A stretch of 64,000 bases of DNA from Hormoscilla sp. GTDB taxonomy: Bacteria; Cyanobacteriota; Cyanobacteriia; Cyanobacteriales; Desertifilaceae. The notes beneath the pieces are model-generated. The model did no database searches, was not told the DNA's origin, and saw nothing but the letters and a program-made list of their open reading frames with translations. Positions 20,960 to 30,544 of this stretch are shown here, in pieces; position 1 is the stretch's first letter, and every line of letters begins with the position of its first letter. A program made the position numbers and the translations under genes. The stretch is from assembly GCA_051439505.1 (NCBI GenBank), contig JBFRWI010000228.1, forward strand, positions 1 through 64,000, read 5' to 3'.

Positions 20960-22064
20960 CTATTTTCCTATGCAACGGCAATCTCACTAGGAATGTAGTT
21001 CCCACTTCCTCTTCACTTTCTACTGTAATCTCTCCTCCATGTAAATCAACTGCCCTTTTCACAATTGCTAATCCCAGTCCCGTGCCCTGAATGGTGCCTA
21101 CATTTGTTCCCCGATGGAACATCTCAAACAGATGTTCTCTGTCCGCCACCGGAATCCCTATTCCCCGGTCTTGAATCCGGAACCATGCTTCGCCATCTTT
21201 GCTAGCTAGTTCAAACTCTACCACACTGTCCTCTTGCGAATATTTTACCGCATTCGAGAGTAAATTACTGAGGATATGTCTGAGCAGTTTTTCATCCATC
21301 TCCACTTCTGTCAACTCTCCCGCCGTCGTATTCAATTTAACTTGGAGTTTGTTTAAGGATCTTTCTTGCTCTTCTTCTACCATTTCGCGGCAAAATTTTT
21401 CCAAATCCATTGACTCCGGCTTTAATTTTATTTGCGCCGCTTCTGCTTTGCCAATCAATAACACATCTTCTAATAGCTTCGTCATGTGTAGCACAGCCGT
21501 TTGAATTCGCTCCAGATGAGTAGTTTTTTTCTCCTCCGACCATTTATTCCTGTATTTCTCCAATAATCCTGCCGAAAATAATATCGTTGATAGGGGAGTT
21601 CTAAATTCGTGGGAAACCATCGTCACAAACCGGATTTTTAATTCGCTCAGTTCCTTTTCCTTTTCTATGGCTTTTCGCATCTCATCCTCTGCTTGCGATC
21701 TGGCGATCGCAATATCGATCGTTGTCTGTAAATCTCTCATCTCAAATGGCTTCACCACATAACCAAACGGCCCCGTTGCTTTCGCTCTGTTTAACGTATA
21801 TACATCGCTATGTGCTGTCAGATATACCACGGGTATATTAAAATCTTTTCTGATTTTAGTAGCTGTTTCCACCCCATCCATTTTTCCTTTTAATATAATA
21901 TCCATCAGCACTAAATCCGGCTGTAATTCTGCCACCTTTTCCAGGGCTTTTTCTCCCGAACTAGCAATTGCTGGAACTTCGTAACCCATGCTTCTTAAAC
22001 TGTTCCTGATGTCCATGGCAATGATGATTTCATCTTCAACCACTAGCACTTTTTGTTTGCTCAT
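20937..22064 (-). CDS. Hybrid response regulator-histidine kinase
   Basis: REC (VLVVED, MDI), SHEFRTPL, NLLSNAVKYS, GTGLGL. Confidence 0.9.
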   Translation of the reverse strand: MSKQKVLVVEDEIIIAMDIRNSLRSMGYEVPAIASSGEKALEKVAELQPDLVLMDIILKGKMDGVETATKIRKDFNIPVVYLTAHSDVYTLNRAKATGPFGYVVKPFEMRDLQTTIDIAIARSQAEDEMRKAIEKEKELSELKIRFVTMVSHEFRTPLSTILFSAGLLEKYRNKWSEEKKTTHLERIQTAVLHMTKLLEDVLLIGKAEAAQIKLKPESMDLEKFCREMVEEEQERSLNKLQVKLNTTAGELTEVEMDEKLLRHILSNLLSNAVKYSQEDSVVEFELASKDGEAWFRIQDRGIGIPVADREHLFEMFHRGTNVGTIQGTGLGLAIVKRAVDLHGGEITVESEEEVGTTFLVRLPLHRKIDDFNISD

Positions 22065-25000
22065 TTATTTTCACCCGTACTCACAGTAAATGTAATTTCA
22101 AAGCAGGTGCCCTGGCTACAATATAGGGAGATATCTCCCCCCAACTGTGCCGTTAAGTTTAAAACTAACTGTAACCCCAGGGACTCTGTTTCTTCTAAAT
22201 CAAAATCTGCTGGTAAGCCAATCCCATTATCTCCGACTCTCAGCCAAAATTGCTCCCCCTCCCGGGTCAACTTGACATATACTTGACCTCCCGTTCTACT
22301 TTCAAAAGCATACTTAAAGCTATTTGACACCAATTCATTGATAATTAAACCACAAGGAATGGCTGTATCAACATCCAGCCAATGATGCTCCACGTCGAGC
22401 TGTAAATCTATCTGCCGATCGCTTCTAGTATAAGAACTCAACAAATTTGCGGTCATATTGCGGATATAATCAGCCACGTCTATGCGACCCAGATCCGGGC
22501 TGCGATAGAGATTCTCATGGATCAGAGCCATCGATCGGACCCGGTTGTAACTGTCGAAGAAAAGTGCCAGGGTATCTTCATCCTTGACATATCCCGACTG
22601 TAGCTTGAGCAGACTGGAAATCACCTGCAAGTTATTTTTAACCCGATGGTGAATTTCCTTAAGCAGTACCTCCTTTTCTTTCAGGGATGATTTTAGCTGT
22701 TCCTCTGCCTGGACCCGGAAAGTAATATCAATACCCACCGAGACAGCAGCTTTGCCTTGCTGGTATTTCTGAGCCGCGATCAAGTAATGGCGAGTGTTCT
22801 CATTGACTCCGGCATCAATCACCTGCTTAGCGGCCTTTTCGGGACTGGCGAGAAACTGCCGCATAAACTTGGCAAACCCGGGGCTGTTCTCCAGGAAGCC
22901 CAGTTCTTTACCAGCAAAGTCCTCTGGCGATAAGTTAAAGGCCGCCGCCAGATGCTGGTTAACACCAATATAGCGCAAATCGGAACTCATCCAGGAAACA
23001 AACCCGGGTACGGCATCTAATACGGCATGAAGTTGCTCCAGGGCCTGTTGCAGTGATGCTTCTGTCTGTTTGCGATCGGTAATATCCGTCCAGTAACCAA
23101 CTATTTCCAGGGGGGAATCTCGGTCATCTCGCACCAAACGCATTTGGTCGTACACCCATCGGTAACTGCCGTCAGCATGTCGGAAGCGGTATTCGGTGTC
23201 TTTTCGTCCTTGGGAGAATAGAGATGTCAACTCCGTGGCCCCGAGGGCCTCTTCTGGGTGGATATGGCTAGCCCAGAAACTAGCATCTTGGGTAAAATCC
23301 CCTGCCCGGTAGCCGCAGATCGCGGCGACATTATCGCTAATAAAAATCATGTCGTGCTCTCCAGTTGGCTTGCGGCTATAGAGTACCCCGGGGCTAGAGG
23401 ACAGCAGATATTGCAGTCGCGCCTGAGACATCAGTAATTTTTCTTCTGCAAGCTTGCGATCGGTAATATCCGTTTGAATGCCAATATAATGGGTAAGATT
23501 CCCCTGGCTGTCATAAATGGGCGAAACGCTCAACTCATTCCAAAACAGAGTGCCATCCCGGCGGTAGTTCCGCAACACTACAGTGCAGTCTTGCTGCCTG
23601 AGAATTGCCGAGCGCAGAATTTCTCGGGCCGGTTGCGAGCGATCGCCTGCTTGCAAGAAGCGGCAGTTTTTTCCCATCACCGTCGCTGCTGAGTAACCCG
23701 TAATCCTTTCAAAGGCCCGATTTACATAGACGATCGGCAAATCTGGCCCCTTTTTGCGCTCCGAGGGATTCGCATCACAGATGATAATCCCATTATTGCT
23801 GGCTGCCATGGCTCGGTCGGCGAGTCTCAATCTCTCTTCCGCCTGTTTTCGTTGGGTGATCTCGCGATACATCCACAGGTGTCCCGAGGACTTTTCCTCT
23901 ACAAATAGCGGTACGTAATCTCTTTCCAATACTCTGCCATCCGCCATCTGGATCTCTTCTGCCATCACTACTTTTTTCGCCTTGATAATTTCCTGATGGC
24001 GCTGCACGAATTTCCCTGGCGATGCAAATAATTGTTTATATGCTGTTGCCCAGGACGATAACTCTGCTCCGAGCGGGGCTGGCGGGGCCATCGGAATGTC
24101 GAAGAGATCCCAAAAGGTTTGATTTGTCAGTACAACTTGCTGCTGTTCGTCTTCAGCCAGAATTCCCACTTGCAGATTTTCAATCAATGCTGTCAACCGC
24201 GAGGTGGTCGCCCGCAGTTGGGCTACTGCTATCTGACGATCGGTAATATCATTTTGGATGCTAATGTAGTGAGTGAGATTCCCTTCACTGTCATAAATGG
24301 GCGATATGCTTAACTCATTCCAGAATTTGGTACCATCCTTGCGGTAATTTTCTAACAATACTGTGCCCTGATTTGCCGCCGACCATGAAATGGTCTCTTC
24401 CCCTTGCCAGGACCAAAAGTTCTGTCCGATCGCTTCTGCTGCTGAGTAACCGGTAATCCGCTCGCATGCTGGATTTACATAGATTATGGGCTGTGCGGGC
24501 AGTCTGGCATCACAGATAATAATCCCATTGCTGCTGGCCGCGATCGCCCGATCTGTGAGTCTCAATCTTTCTGAGATATCTTCCCTTTCCTGCCATTGAG
24601 AGACCACAGATGCATGACCGATCGCGATCGCGCAATTCGCCGCTACCCGCTTGACAAATTCTACTGTTGGTGCTTCCCATTCCCCTTCCCCCTCTAAGCT
24701 AATGGAGCCCAGATAGGATCCTCGATACATCAAGGGAACAATTAAGAGGGGGAGGTGAAGAGTGGGTGACAATTCTGACGGCGATGCCATAACTACTTGA
24801 CCCCGCGAGAGAGAATGGTCAAATCTGCTCTGCAGGGAGTTTGCCAGGTCGGATAAGGGGATATCCTTGACTTGAGTTCCTGATAAATAACAATCGGTAA
24901 TTTGGCGATCGCCGTCAGTTTGAAAAATCAGGCAGCGAGGAGCCCCCAAGGCGGTTTTCAACTGCCCTGCCGTTGTTGACAACAGATCCGAAAGTCCCTG

Positions 25001-25120
25001 ATTCTCTTGTATTCCCCGGACAATGCGGTCAATTATCGCCTGTTGTTGGCTGAGTTGTTCCAGTTGGGAAGTAAGCTGTTGTAGTTGTTTTTCTAGTATG
25101 GTACTCTGGGCTGCGGTCAT
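22061..25120 (-). CDS. GAF-PAS/LOV sensor histidine kinase (HisKA_2 type)
   Basis: GKNCRFLQ and NYRRDG.LFWNEL LOV motifs; EIHHRVKNNLQ; likely ATG at 25120. Confidence 0.88.
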   Translation of the reverse strand: MTAAQSTILEKQLQQLTSQLEQLSQQQAIIDRIVRGIQENQGLSDLLSTTAGQLKTALGAPRCLIFQTDGDRQITDCYLSGTQVKDIPLSDLANSLQSRFDHSLSRGQVVMASPSELSPTLHLPLLIVPLMYRGSYLGSISLEGEGEWEAPTVEFVKRVAANCAIAIGHASVVSQWQEREDISERLRLTDRAIAASSNGIIICDARLPAQPIIYVNPACERITGYSAAEAIGQNFWSWQGEETISWSAANQGTVLLENYRKDGTKFWNELSISPIYDSEGNLTHYISIQNDITDRQIAVAQLRATTSRLTALIENLQVGILAEDEQQQVVLTNQTFWDLFDIPMAPPAPLGAELSSWATAYKQLFASPGKFVQRHQEIIKAKKVVMAEEIQMADGRVLERDYVPLFVEEKSSGHLWMYREITQRKQAEERLRLADRAMAASNNGIIICDANPSERKKGPDLPIVYVNRAFERITGYSAATVMGKNCRFLQAGDRSQPAREILRSAILRQQDCTVVLRNYRRDGTLFWNELSVSPIYDSQGNLTHYIGIQTDITDRKLAEEKLLMSQARLQYLLSSSPGVLYSRKPTGEHDMIFISDNVAAICGYRAGDFTQDASFWASHIHPEEALGATELTSLFSQGRKDTEYRFRHADGSYRWVYDQMRLVRDDRDSPLEIVGYWTDITDRKQTEASLQQALEQLHAVLDAVPGFVSWMSSDLRYIGVNQHLAAAFNLSPEDFAGKELGFLENSPGFAKFMRQFLASPEKAAKQVIDAGVNENTRHYLIAAQKYQQGKAAVSVGIDITFRVQAEEQLKSSLKEKEVLLKEIHHRVKNNLQVISSLLKLQSGYVKDEDTLALFFDSYNRVRSMALIHENLYRSPDLGRIDVADYIRNMTANLLSSYTRSDRQIDLQLDVEHHWLDVDTAIPCGLIINELVSNSFKYAFESRTGGQVYVKLTREGEQFWLRVGDNGIGLPADFDLEETESLGLQLVLNLTAQLGGDISLYCSQGTCFEITFTVSTGENK

Positions 25121-25192
25121 TTTCTTTGCATCTCGTTGCGTGCGAGTCGGGGCACTTGTAGGACTTCGCCCTCGGGGGCGATCGATCAATTT

Positions 25193-26050
25193 CTACCTTG
25201 GTTTGTCAGACAAGAGAGTGAATTTCTCAGCTTCTGACGACTCGGAATAGGTTTGAACGGGTTCAGAGGGCTTCAGATCGATGGGAATTGAAATTGTGGG
25301 TATCTGGGCAGTTCGACTTCGCTCACTGCAAGAAGTATTTTTTTCCACCTTGCCCATCACTTGCAGACCCTCAAGCACTGCATTTTTCACCGCAGGTTCC
25401 GTTTCCCGTGCCAGCATCAAACCCAAACAGTCAGCGATAATACGCCGGTCTCGTTCCCACTGGGTAGTGGCAAACTCGCGGGTTAGTTGTCGCACTGCAA
25501 TCAGACGCCGCAGGGGGTGAATGTCAGTCAGCTGTTCGAGCGACCGTTCCAAGTCAGTCGGGAGTCCGGAAGTGGGGTGGGGGCTGGGGCGGGATTGCCC
25601 AAGGAGGATGATGATAATAGCCAGAATGCCCAATCCTTGGCCTATCGCACCAGCGGCAATCCAAGCACTATCGGAATCTCTCCAGACAGAAACGGCCATA
25701 TAGGTAGCCAAGGTTGCGAAAACACCGCTACCAACTGCCACAGCTAGCTGTCGGTTAGCACCAGCAAACAGCTTACCCCAATCCGACCAGCGTTTTTGCC
25801 AGTCTTTCTGTTGCAGGAAGTATACCAGCAACATGATGGCGATGCCTGCACTGGTGGCTAACAGTAGCTGCCAATTCCACCACAGCATAGCCACCACCAT
25901 TGTTAGCAGTCCCAGCCATTTCCCCAGCTTTTGATATCGGCGCGACTTTCGCCGCCATTGGCCATGACTGGCCGCGAACCTCACAGTCTGGTTGTAAATC
26001 TGCAAAAGAAGGCGTCTGTGCCGCCGCCGCTTTGATTTTGCCTGTACCAC
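25193..26050 (-). CDS. Conserved cyanobacterial membrane protein with C-terminal HEAT-like region
   Basis: TM segments; PLRRLIAVRQL...ETEPAVKNAVLEGLQ. Confidence 0.6.
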   Translation of the reverse strand: MVQAKSKRRRHRRLLLQIYNQTVRFAASHGQWRRKSRRYQKLGKWLGLLTMVVAMLWWNWQLLLATSAGIAIMLLVYFLQQKDWQKRWSDWGKLFAGANRQLAVAVGSGVFATLATYMAVSVWRDSDSAWIAAGAIGQGLGILAIIIILLGQSRPSPHPTSGLPTDLERSLEQLTDIHPLRRLIAVRQLTREFATTQWERDRRIIADCLGLMLARETEPAVKNAVLEGLQVMGKVEKNTSCSERSRTAQIPTISIPIDLKPSEPVQTYSESSEAEKFTLLSDKPR

Positions 26051-26449
26051 GTTGTTTTTTCATACCCATATAGGGACTTATTTTAGACTATAATCGGGGA
26101 TCGTGACATGGCAGCGGCGATCCGTCAGTGGCTAAAATTGCACCCGTGAACCCAGCTTGCCTGTTGGGACTGTCTCCCCACTCAGGCCCCAATACTTCGT
26201 AGGTTTTACAATAAATTCGGAGGAGGGGAGTGGGGAGTAGGGAGTGGGGAGTGGGGGGAGAGATTCTCCCAACGGAGTTCTCCTCATATGCCAAAATCGA
26301 CGCTCGGCGGCGAGGTCTAATCAATGATCTCCGGTCACAAGTAGTGTTAATGCATCCTTTACACGATTTGTAACCACCACACCGAGTCGTTGAGAGCGTT
26401 TATCTGGGTTCGACGAGCTATAGTTTGGACTTAACTTGCATTTGTCTGA

Positions 26450-26870
26450 GTTAGACAAACGTCGCTCTAGATTAGACAAACGTCGCTCTAGGTTAGACAA
26501 ACGTCGCTCTAGATTAGACAAATGTATATTTTAATTATCCGAACGTATATCTATGTTATACAAATGTATATTTTAGTTATACAAACGTATATCTAGGTTA
26601 TACAAGCGTATATAATGGCCAAACAAACGTTGATAATGGCCAAGCAAACGTTGATAATGGTGATCGTAACGTCGATAATGGCCAAGCAAACGTTGATAAG
26701 AGTGATTGTAAGGTTGAGTTGGGCCAAAAACACATTAATTTGTGCCAAAAACACGTTGAGTTGGGCCAAAAATACATTGACTTGGGCCAAAAACCAGTAT
26801 ATTTTGTTGACCTTAACGTTTATTTGGGCCAAACCAACGTTAAAATAGGCAATATAAACGTTTGTAGGAG
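26450..26870. repeat. Diverging 21-bp tandem repeat array (~18-20 units)
   Basis: (G/A)TTAGACAAACGTCGCTCTAG x3 grading into ATGGCCAAGCAAACGTTGATA and TGGGCCAAAAACACGTTGAGT. Confidence 0.75.
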
Positions 26871-27008
26871 CTGCATTATGGGTGTGGGAAAACCCGTTAA
26901 TCGTTCATGGGCCCTCTCAGTCGGAGGAGGGTGTGGTCAAAAGTAGTTGATAGCTGGGTGCATCGCCCGAGGCATGTAATATAGCCATTAGCCATTTGCC
27001 ATTAGCCA

Positions 27009-27787
27009 TTAGCCATTAGCCATTTGCCATTTGATATTTTCTGAGAACGTCACAGATAATCTATCGTATAGCCAATCTTGGATTTCTTGAGCTAACCAAG
27101 CCGCTTCTATTTCCGTTAAACTCTTAGAATCCATGGTAATGGGATAATTAGTTTTCTCTGTTTTAATTTTGACGCTATAACAATCGCGACCGTTATTCTC
27201 CCTTATGCTATACAAGAAAACTCCCAAAATATTTGAGACAGCTTCTTCTTTCTTTAATTTTAAGTTCAAGCCCTCATATGCTATTTCAAACCTGTTCCGG
27301 TCAAAGTAAATGCGAATTCCTTCGCAGAATTTATACAAAATCAATCCCGAAATGCCAGTGGCTAAACAAATTGCTATTATTACGGTTAGCGGTGAATTCA
27401 TACTTAATATTACTACTTCAACAATTGTTATTAATCCGAAGATTGATAACCGGATAAAAAAGTTAGTTTTTGCAATATCCATTGCGCTAGGTATGAAAAT
27501 TTCCAATCGTTCTGCTTCTTTGTGCAATTGAATGCTGGTGCGATCGGGTTTAGGAATCTTTTTAGTTACAGGACCTTTTCGGGTCTCATGGGCAATAATT
27601 TGCCCTGTTTCCAGAGCAGACAGCGCTTGCTTGGCAGTGCTGAAGCGCTTTGATAAATCGAAGGCTGTCATGGTTTCAATCCAACTGACAAAGCTGGGGG
27701 AGAGACTGAGGCGATCGCTAAACTGAATTCTCGCATCTTTTATGGGTAAATCTACAGGATTCACTCCTGTCAACAAGTGAATTAATG
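27009..27787 (-). pseudogene. 3' half of a Ser/Thr protein kinase (from LIHLLTG onward, plus membrane-anchored tail)
   Basis: LIHLLTGVNP.DLP..D.RIQF.DR.SLSPSFVSWIE...KRFSTAKQAL; coding sequence begins at the MITE end at 27788. Confidence 0.8.
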
Positions 27788-27951
27788 GGGTGCATCTGGT
27801 GTTTTGCTTCTTGAGCAATTGAAAATTGAAAATTGAAAATTGAAAATTGAGCAAGATTTAATTGCTGATTGCTCCATTTTCAATTCGCCATAGCGCTCCT
27901 GCGTCGCGCACTGCGTATACGCAAATACAAATGCAAAAGTGAGATGCTCCC
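27788..27951. mobile_element. MITE family A copy (contains AATTGAA STRR); left boundary of the NRPS block
   Basis: GGGTGCATCT ... TGAGATGCTCCC; no TSD. Confidence 0.65.
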
Positions 27952-27997
27952 GTTTCATCGCTGGATGCTGTACCTCATCACTTCGAGAAATGCTATA

Positions 27998-28828
27998 TTA
28001 TAGCCTAGTCTCTACAATCAGATAAGCATTACGAAAATAGGGGAACTGGGTAAGGAATTTAAAAAGTAATCGCCATTGTCCAGGCCAACGTTCAGGATAT
28101 AGCTGATAAAGAGAATCAACGTTTACTATTCGCAATCCCATCGCTGTTAAGTCTGCTTCACTCTTGACGAACCACTTAAAAGGTGCTCCAATTTTATTCC
28201 CAATCTTTTTATATAACTTCCAGTAATTGCCAGTAACATCCATCACCCAAGTTGCACCGGGAAATCGAGAGCGCATTTGATTAACTAGTTGAGTTACTTG
28301 ATTCGCTTCAAGGTATGTTAGCAAACCTTCTGCAATAAATAGGATGTTTTCCGGTGCGACATCAGGCACAATATTCATCCAGTCGAAATCCATCACTGAA
28401 GCACTAATAAACTGGTGTTGCTGTGTTTCCGTGTCAAGCTGACGCCGCAAGTTTGTGACCTCAGGTAAATCCAGATCCAGCCAACACTCAACATTCTGTC
28501 CAATGCGGTGAAAGCGAGTAGACAACCCCGCACCCAATTCCACTACAACAGGATGAGGATGGTCAGCAATATGACCAGATGTTATTTGGTCATGATGATA
28601 AGCCCGCGTAGACCAACTAATTTGATATAAGGGATTATAGCGATTATACATTGCCTCTAGCTGTTCATCCCAAGGCAAAAGTTTTTGCCATTCTACAGCT
28701 AATGGATCTTGGAATAAAGGACAATGACAAGTTTGTTCATCTGCTCTTGTCTTCAGTGTCAAGAGCATAGTGCGGGGGACACCAGTTAGTTTTGTTGTAA
28801 TTTGAGACATAGAATTAAAATCTTTCAT
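27998..28828 (-). CDS. SAM-dependent methyltransferase, leucine-carboxyl-MT/TcmP-like O-methyltransferase
   Basis: VPRTMLLTL..RA, VVELGAGLSTRF, DLDLPEV, FIAEGLL.Y. Confidence 0.85.
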   Translation of the reverse strand: MKDFNSMSQITTKLTGVPRTMLLTLKTRADEQTCHCPLFQDPLAVEWQKLLPWDEQLEAMYNRYNPLYQISWSTRAYHHDQITSGHIADHPHPVVVELGAGLSTRFHRIGQNVECWLDLDLPEVTNLRRQLDTETQQHQFISASVMDFDWMNIVPDVAPENILFIAEGLLTYLEANQVTQLVNQMRSRFPGATWVMDVTGNYWKLYKKIGNKIGAPFKWFVKSEADLTAMGLRIVNVDSLYQLYPERWPGQWRLLFKFLTQFPYFRNAYLIVETRL

Positions 28829-28845
28829 TTCATGACAAGTAGGTA

Positions 28846-29181
28846 GGTACTGGTTCAGTCTAATTAAAAGGATCGCCTGAAACCCTCACCCAGTAAGGGA
28901 TATATAGCACTTCTCAATAAGGTGAGGTACAGTAGGGAGCAGGGAGCAGGGAGCAGGGAGCAGGGAGCAGGGAGAGGGAGTAGGGAGCACCCGTGAGCGT
29001 CTCTTAATCTTGCGCCGGGTAAATATTTTTTCACAGATTACTAGCTGCACGTGGAATGACCGGTTTTTAGATTGTACCTCATAATGGGAGAGAATTGCTA
29101 TAGCTGTTTGATGGCTAAATGCCCGAAACACCTACCCTGTAATAGTTTCAGCCGTTTGATTAATCAAACTGAACCAGTGCT
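28846..29181. mobile_element. Nested MITEs: outer TIR G(T/C)ACTGGTTCAGT; inner TA-flanked element at ~28903-29102 with AGGGAGC STRR
   Basis: GGTACTGGTTCAGTCTAATTAA / TTAATCAAACTGAACCAGTGC; inner TATAGCACTTCTC..GAGGTACA / TGTACCTC..GAGAATTGCTATA; another outer end at ~30235-30256. Confidence 0.65.
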
Positions 29182-29195
29182 TTACCGAGGGAGTT

Positions 29196-29441
29196 CTAAG
29201 AATTTGAAATCTCTTGTTTGGATTTTTTTAATTCAAAGAGTTCAAGAAGACTTTCTCGGAATGTGAAAATGAAATATATGAGCAGTAATGTTGCCAAGCC
29301 AATGAAGTTGTAACTTCTGAATAAGATGTATGCGCCCAGCAGAAGAAGAGCTAAAGCTACTACAGCTAATAAGCTAAGCAAAATCCTTTTGTTTCCCTCA
29401 AGTTCTGACAGTTGATCCAATGCCTGATAGATATTTTTCAT
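29196..29441 (-). CDS. Small two-TM hypothetical protein within the BGC
   Basis: 81 aa, ATG start, hydrophobic core, same strand as the cluster. Confidence 0.55.
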   Translation of the reverse strand: MKNIYQALDQLSELEGNKRILLSLLAVVALALLLLGAYILFRSYNFIGLATLLLIYFIFTFRESLLELFELKKSKQEISNS

Positions 29442-29500
29442 TTAATTTTTCTGAGTTTTGAGCGTGATTGCTTTCGTAAAGCCAATGAAGCCATTCAGCC

Positions 29501-30136
29501 TCAATATACCCAAGGAATTAAGCGAGATGTCTTTTCCTGAAACTTTTGATAGTTTTCACCAAAAGCCTCTGTAAGAACTTCCTCCTCAACCCGAATCCGA
29601 AAATCGTAAGCACAGAGGTTAAGCAGAAATTGTGCTAAGAATCCCAGTTGTGGTACCAGAAGAAAAGATCCCAGGTAAAGAAATTGACCGGAGAGATAGA
29701 GTGGGTGCCGTACCAAAGCATATGGACCAGTAGTTACGAGTTCATGACCCGGTTCAATGTGAGGGTACAGACGCCAAGTCCGAAACGCCCAAAATCCCCA
29801 AGTCTTGAGTACAAGTGAAATGATTAATATGACTATCCCACCCAACTGAAGGGGAAGAGAAAAAGGGAAGATAATTGGACCTGCTAGCTCAGGCTTAAAC
29901 CACCACAGTGTTAATAAAATGTTGTAGAGCGATTGAGTGATACCAGTCAGTAATTGTGTAACTTCAGCCCGGGATGAAGTTACGAGACGGGTCGCAACCG
30001 CATTCGTAGATCCTTCTTGCTTACTTCGGGTACCCTTTCTTCTGATAGTAGCAGCTTGGAAAATTAGTAGCCAATATAGGCTATGAGTAAGGGCAAGAAT
30101 AGCTTTAAGGTCAACATCTTGTAGTGTCATGTTCAA
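29501..30136 (-). CDS. Isoprenylcysteine carboxyl methyltransferase (ICMT/PEMT) family protein
   Basis: HELVTTGPYALVRHPLY, RIRVEEEVL..FG..Y..F, RLIPWVY. Confidence 0.88.
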   Translation of the reverse strand: MNMTLQDVDLKAILALTHSLYWLLIFQAATIRRKGTRSKQEGSTNAVATRLVTSSRAEVTQLLTGITQSLYNILLTLWWFKPELAGPIIFPFSLPLQLGGIVILIISLVLKTWGFWAFRTWRLYPHIEPGHELVTTGPYALVRHPLYLSGQFLYLGSFLLVPQLGFLAQFLLNLCAYDFRIRVEEEVLTEAFGENYQKFQEKTSRLIPWVY

Positions 30137-30544
30137 CTCCTAAAAGAACGTCAAGTACGAGCGGACAAATGTTTGAGGCGATTAGTTAAAAAATCGGTCA
30201 AACCTTTGACTGGCAAGGGTTCAGTCTGATTTTTTTAATCAGACTGAACCAGTGCCTCGCCCCTCTGGGGAGCATGAACGGGCGACTACGGGCTGTAAGT
30301 CCCTCATCCCATGGGTTTCAAATATAAGGCGCTCGTCTTATTCTGTGAGAACTTCGCACTCTCCAGTCAATAACTAACTCTACCAGTATAGAACATTCCT
30401 GCAGCTCCGCCTACGGGAGTGTTTTTTGTCCTACCTCTGTTCTCCTGGGCTTTTATATTCCTAATGGAATACGTCTAAAGAACTTCGCACTGTCCAGTAA
30501 AGGTGTCTCATCACTCATACCAGCAGATGTGGACCAAGACATGG

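Noticed and set aside
26321..26946. Short ORFs over the 21-bp array
   Set aside because: Several overlapping frames arise from the repeat; none is convincing
27788..27854. N-terminus MLNFQFSIFNFQ of ORF 27009..27854
   Set aside because: Derived from STRR/MITE sequence, not a real kinase start
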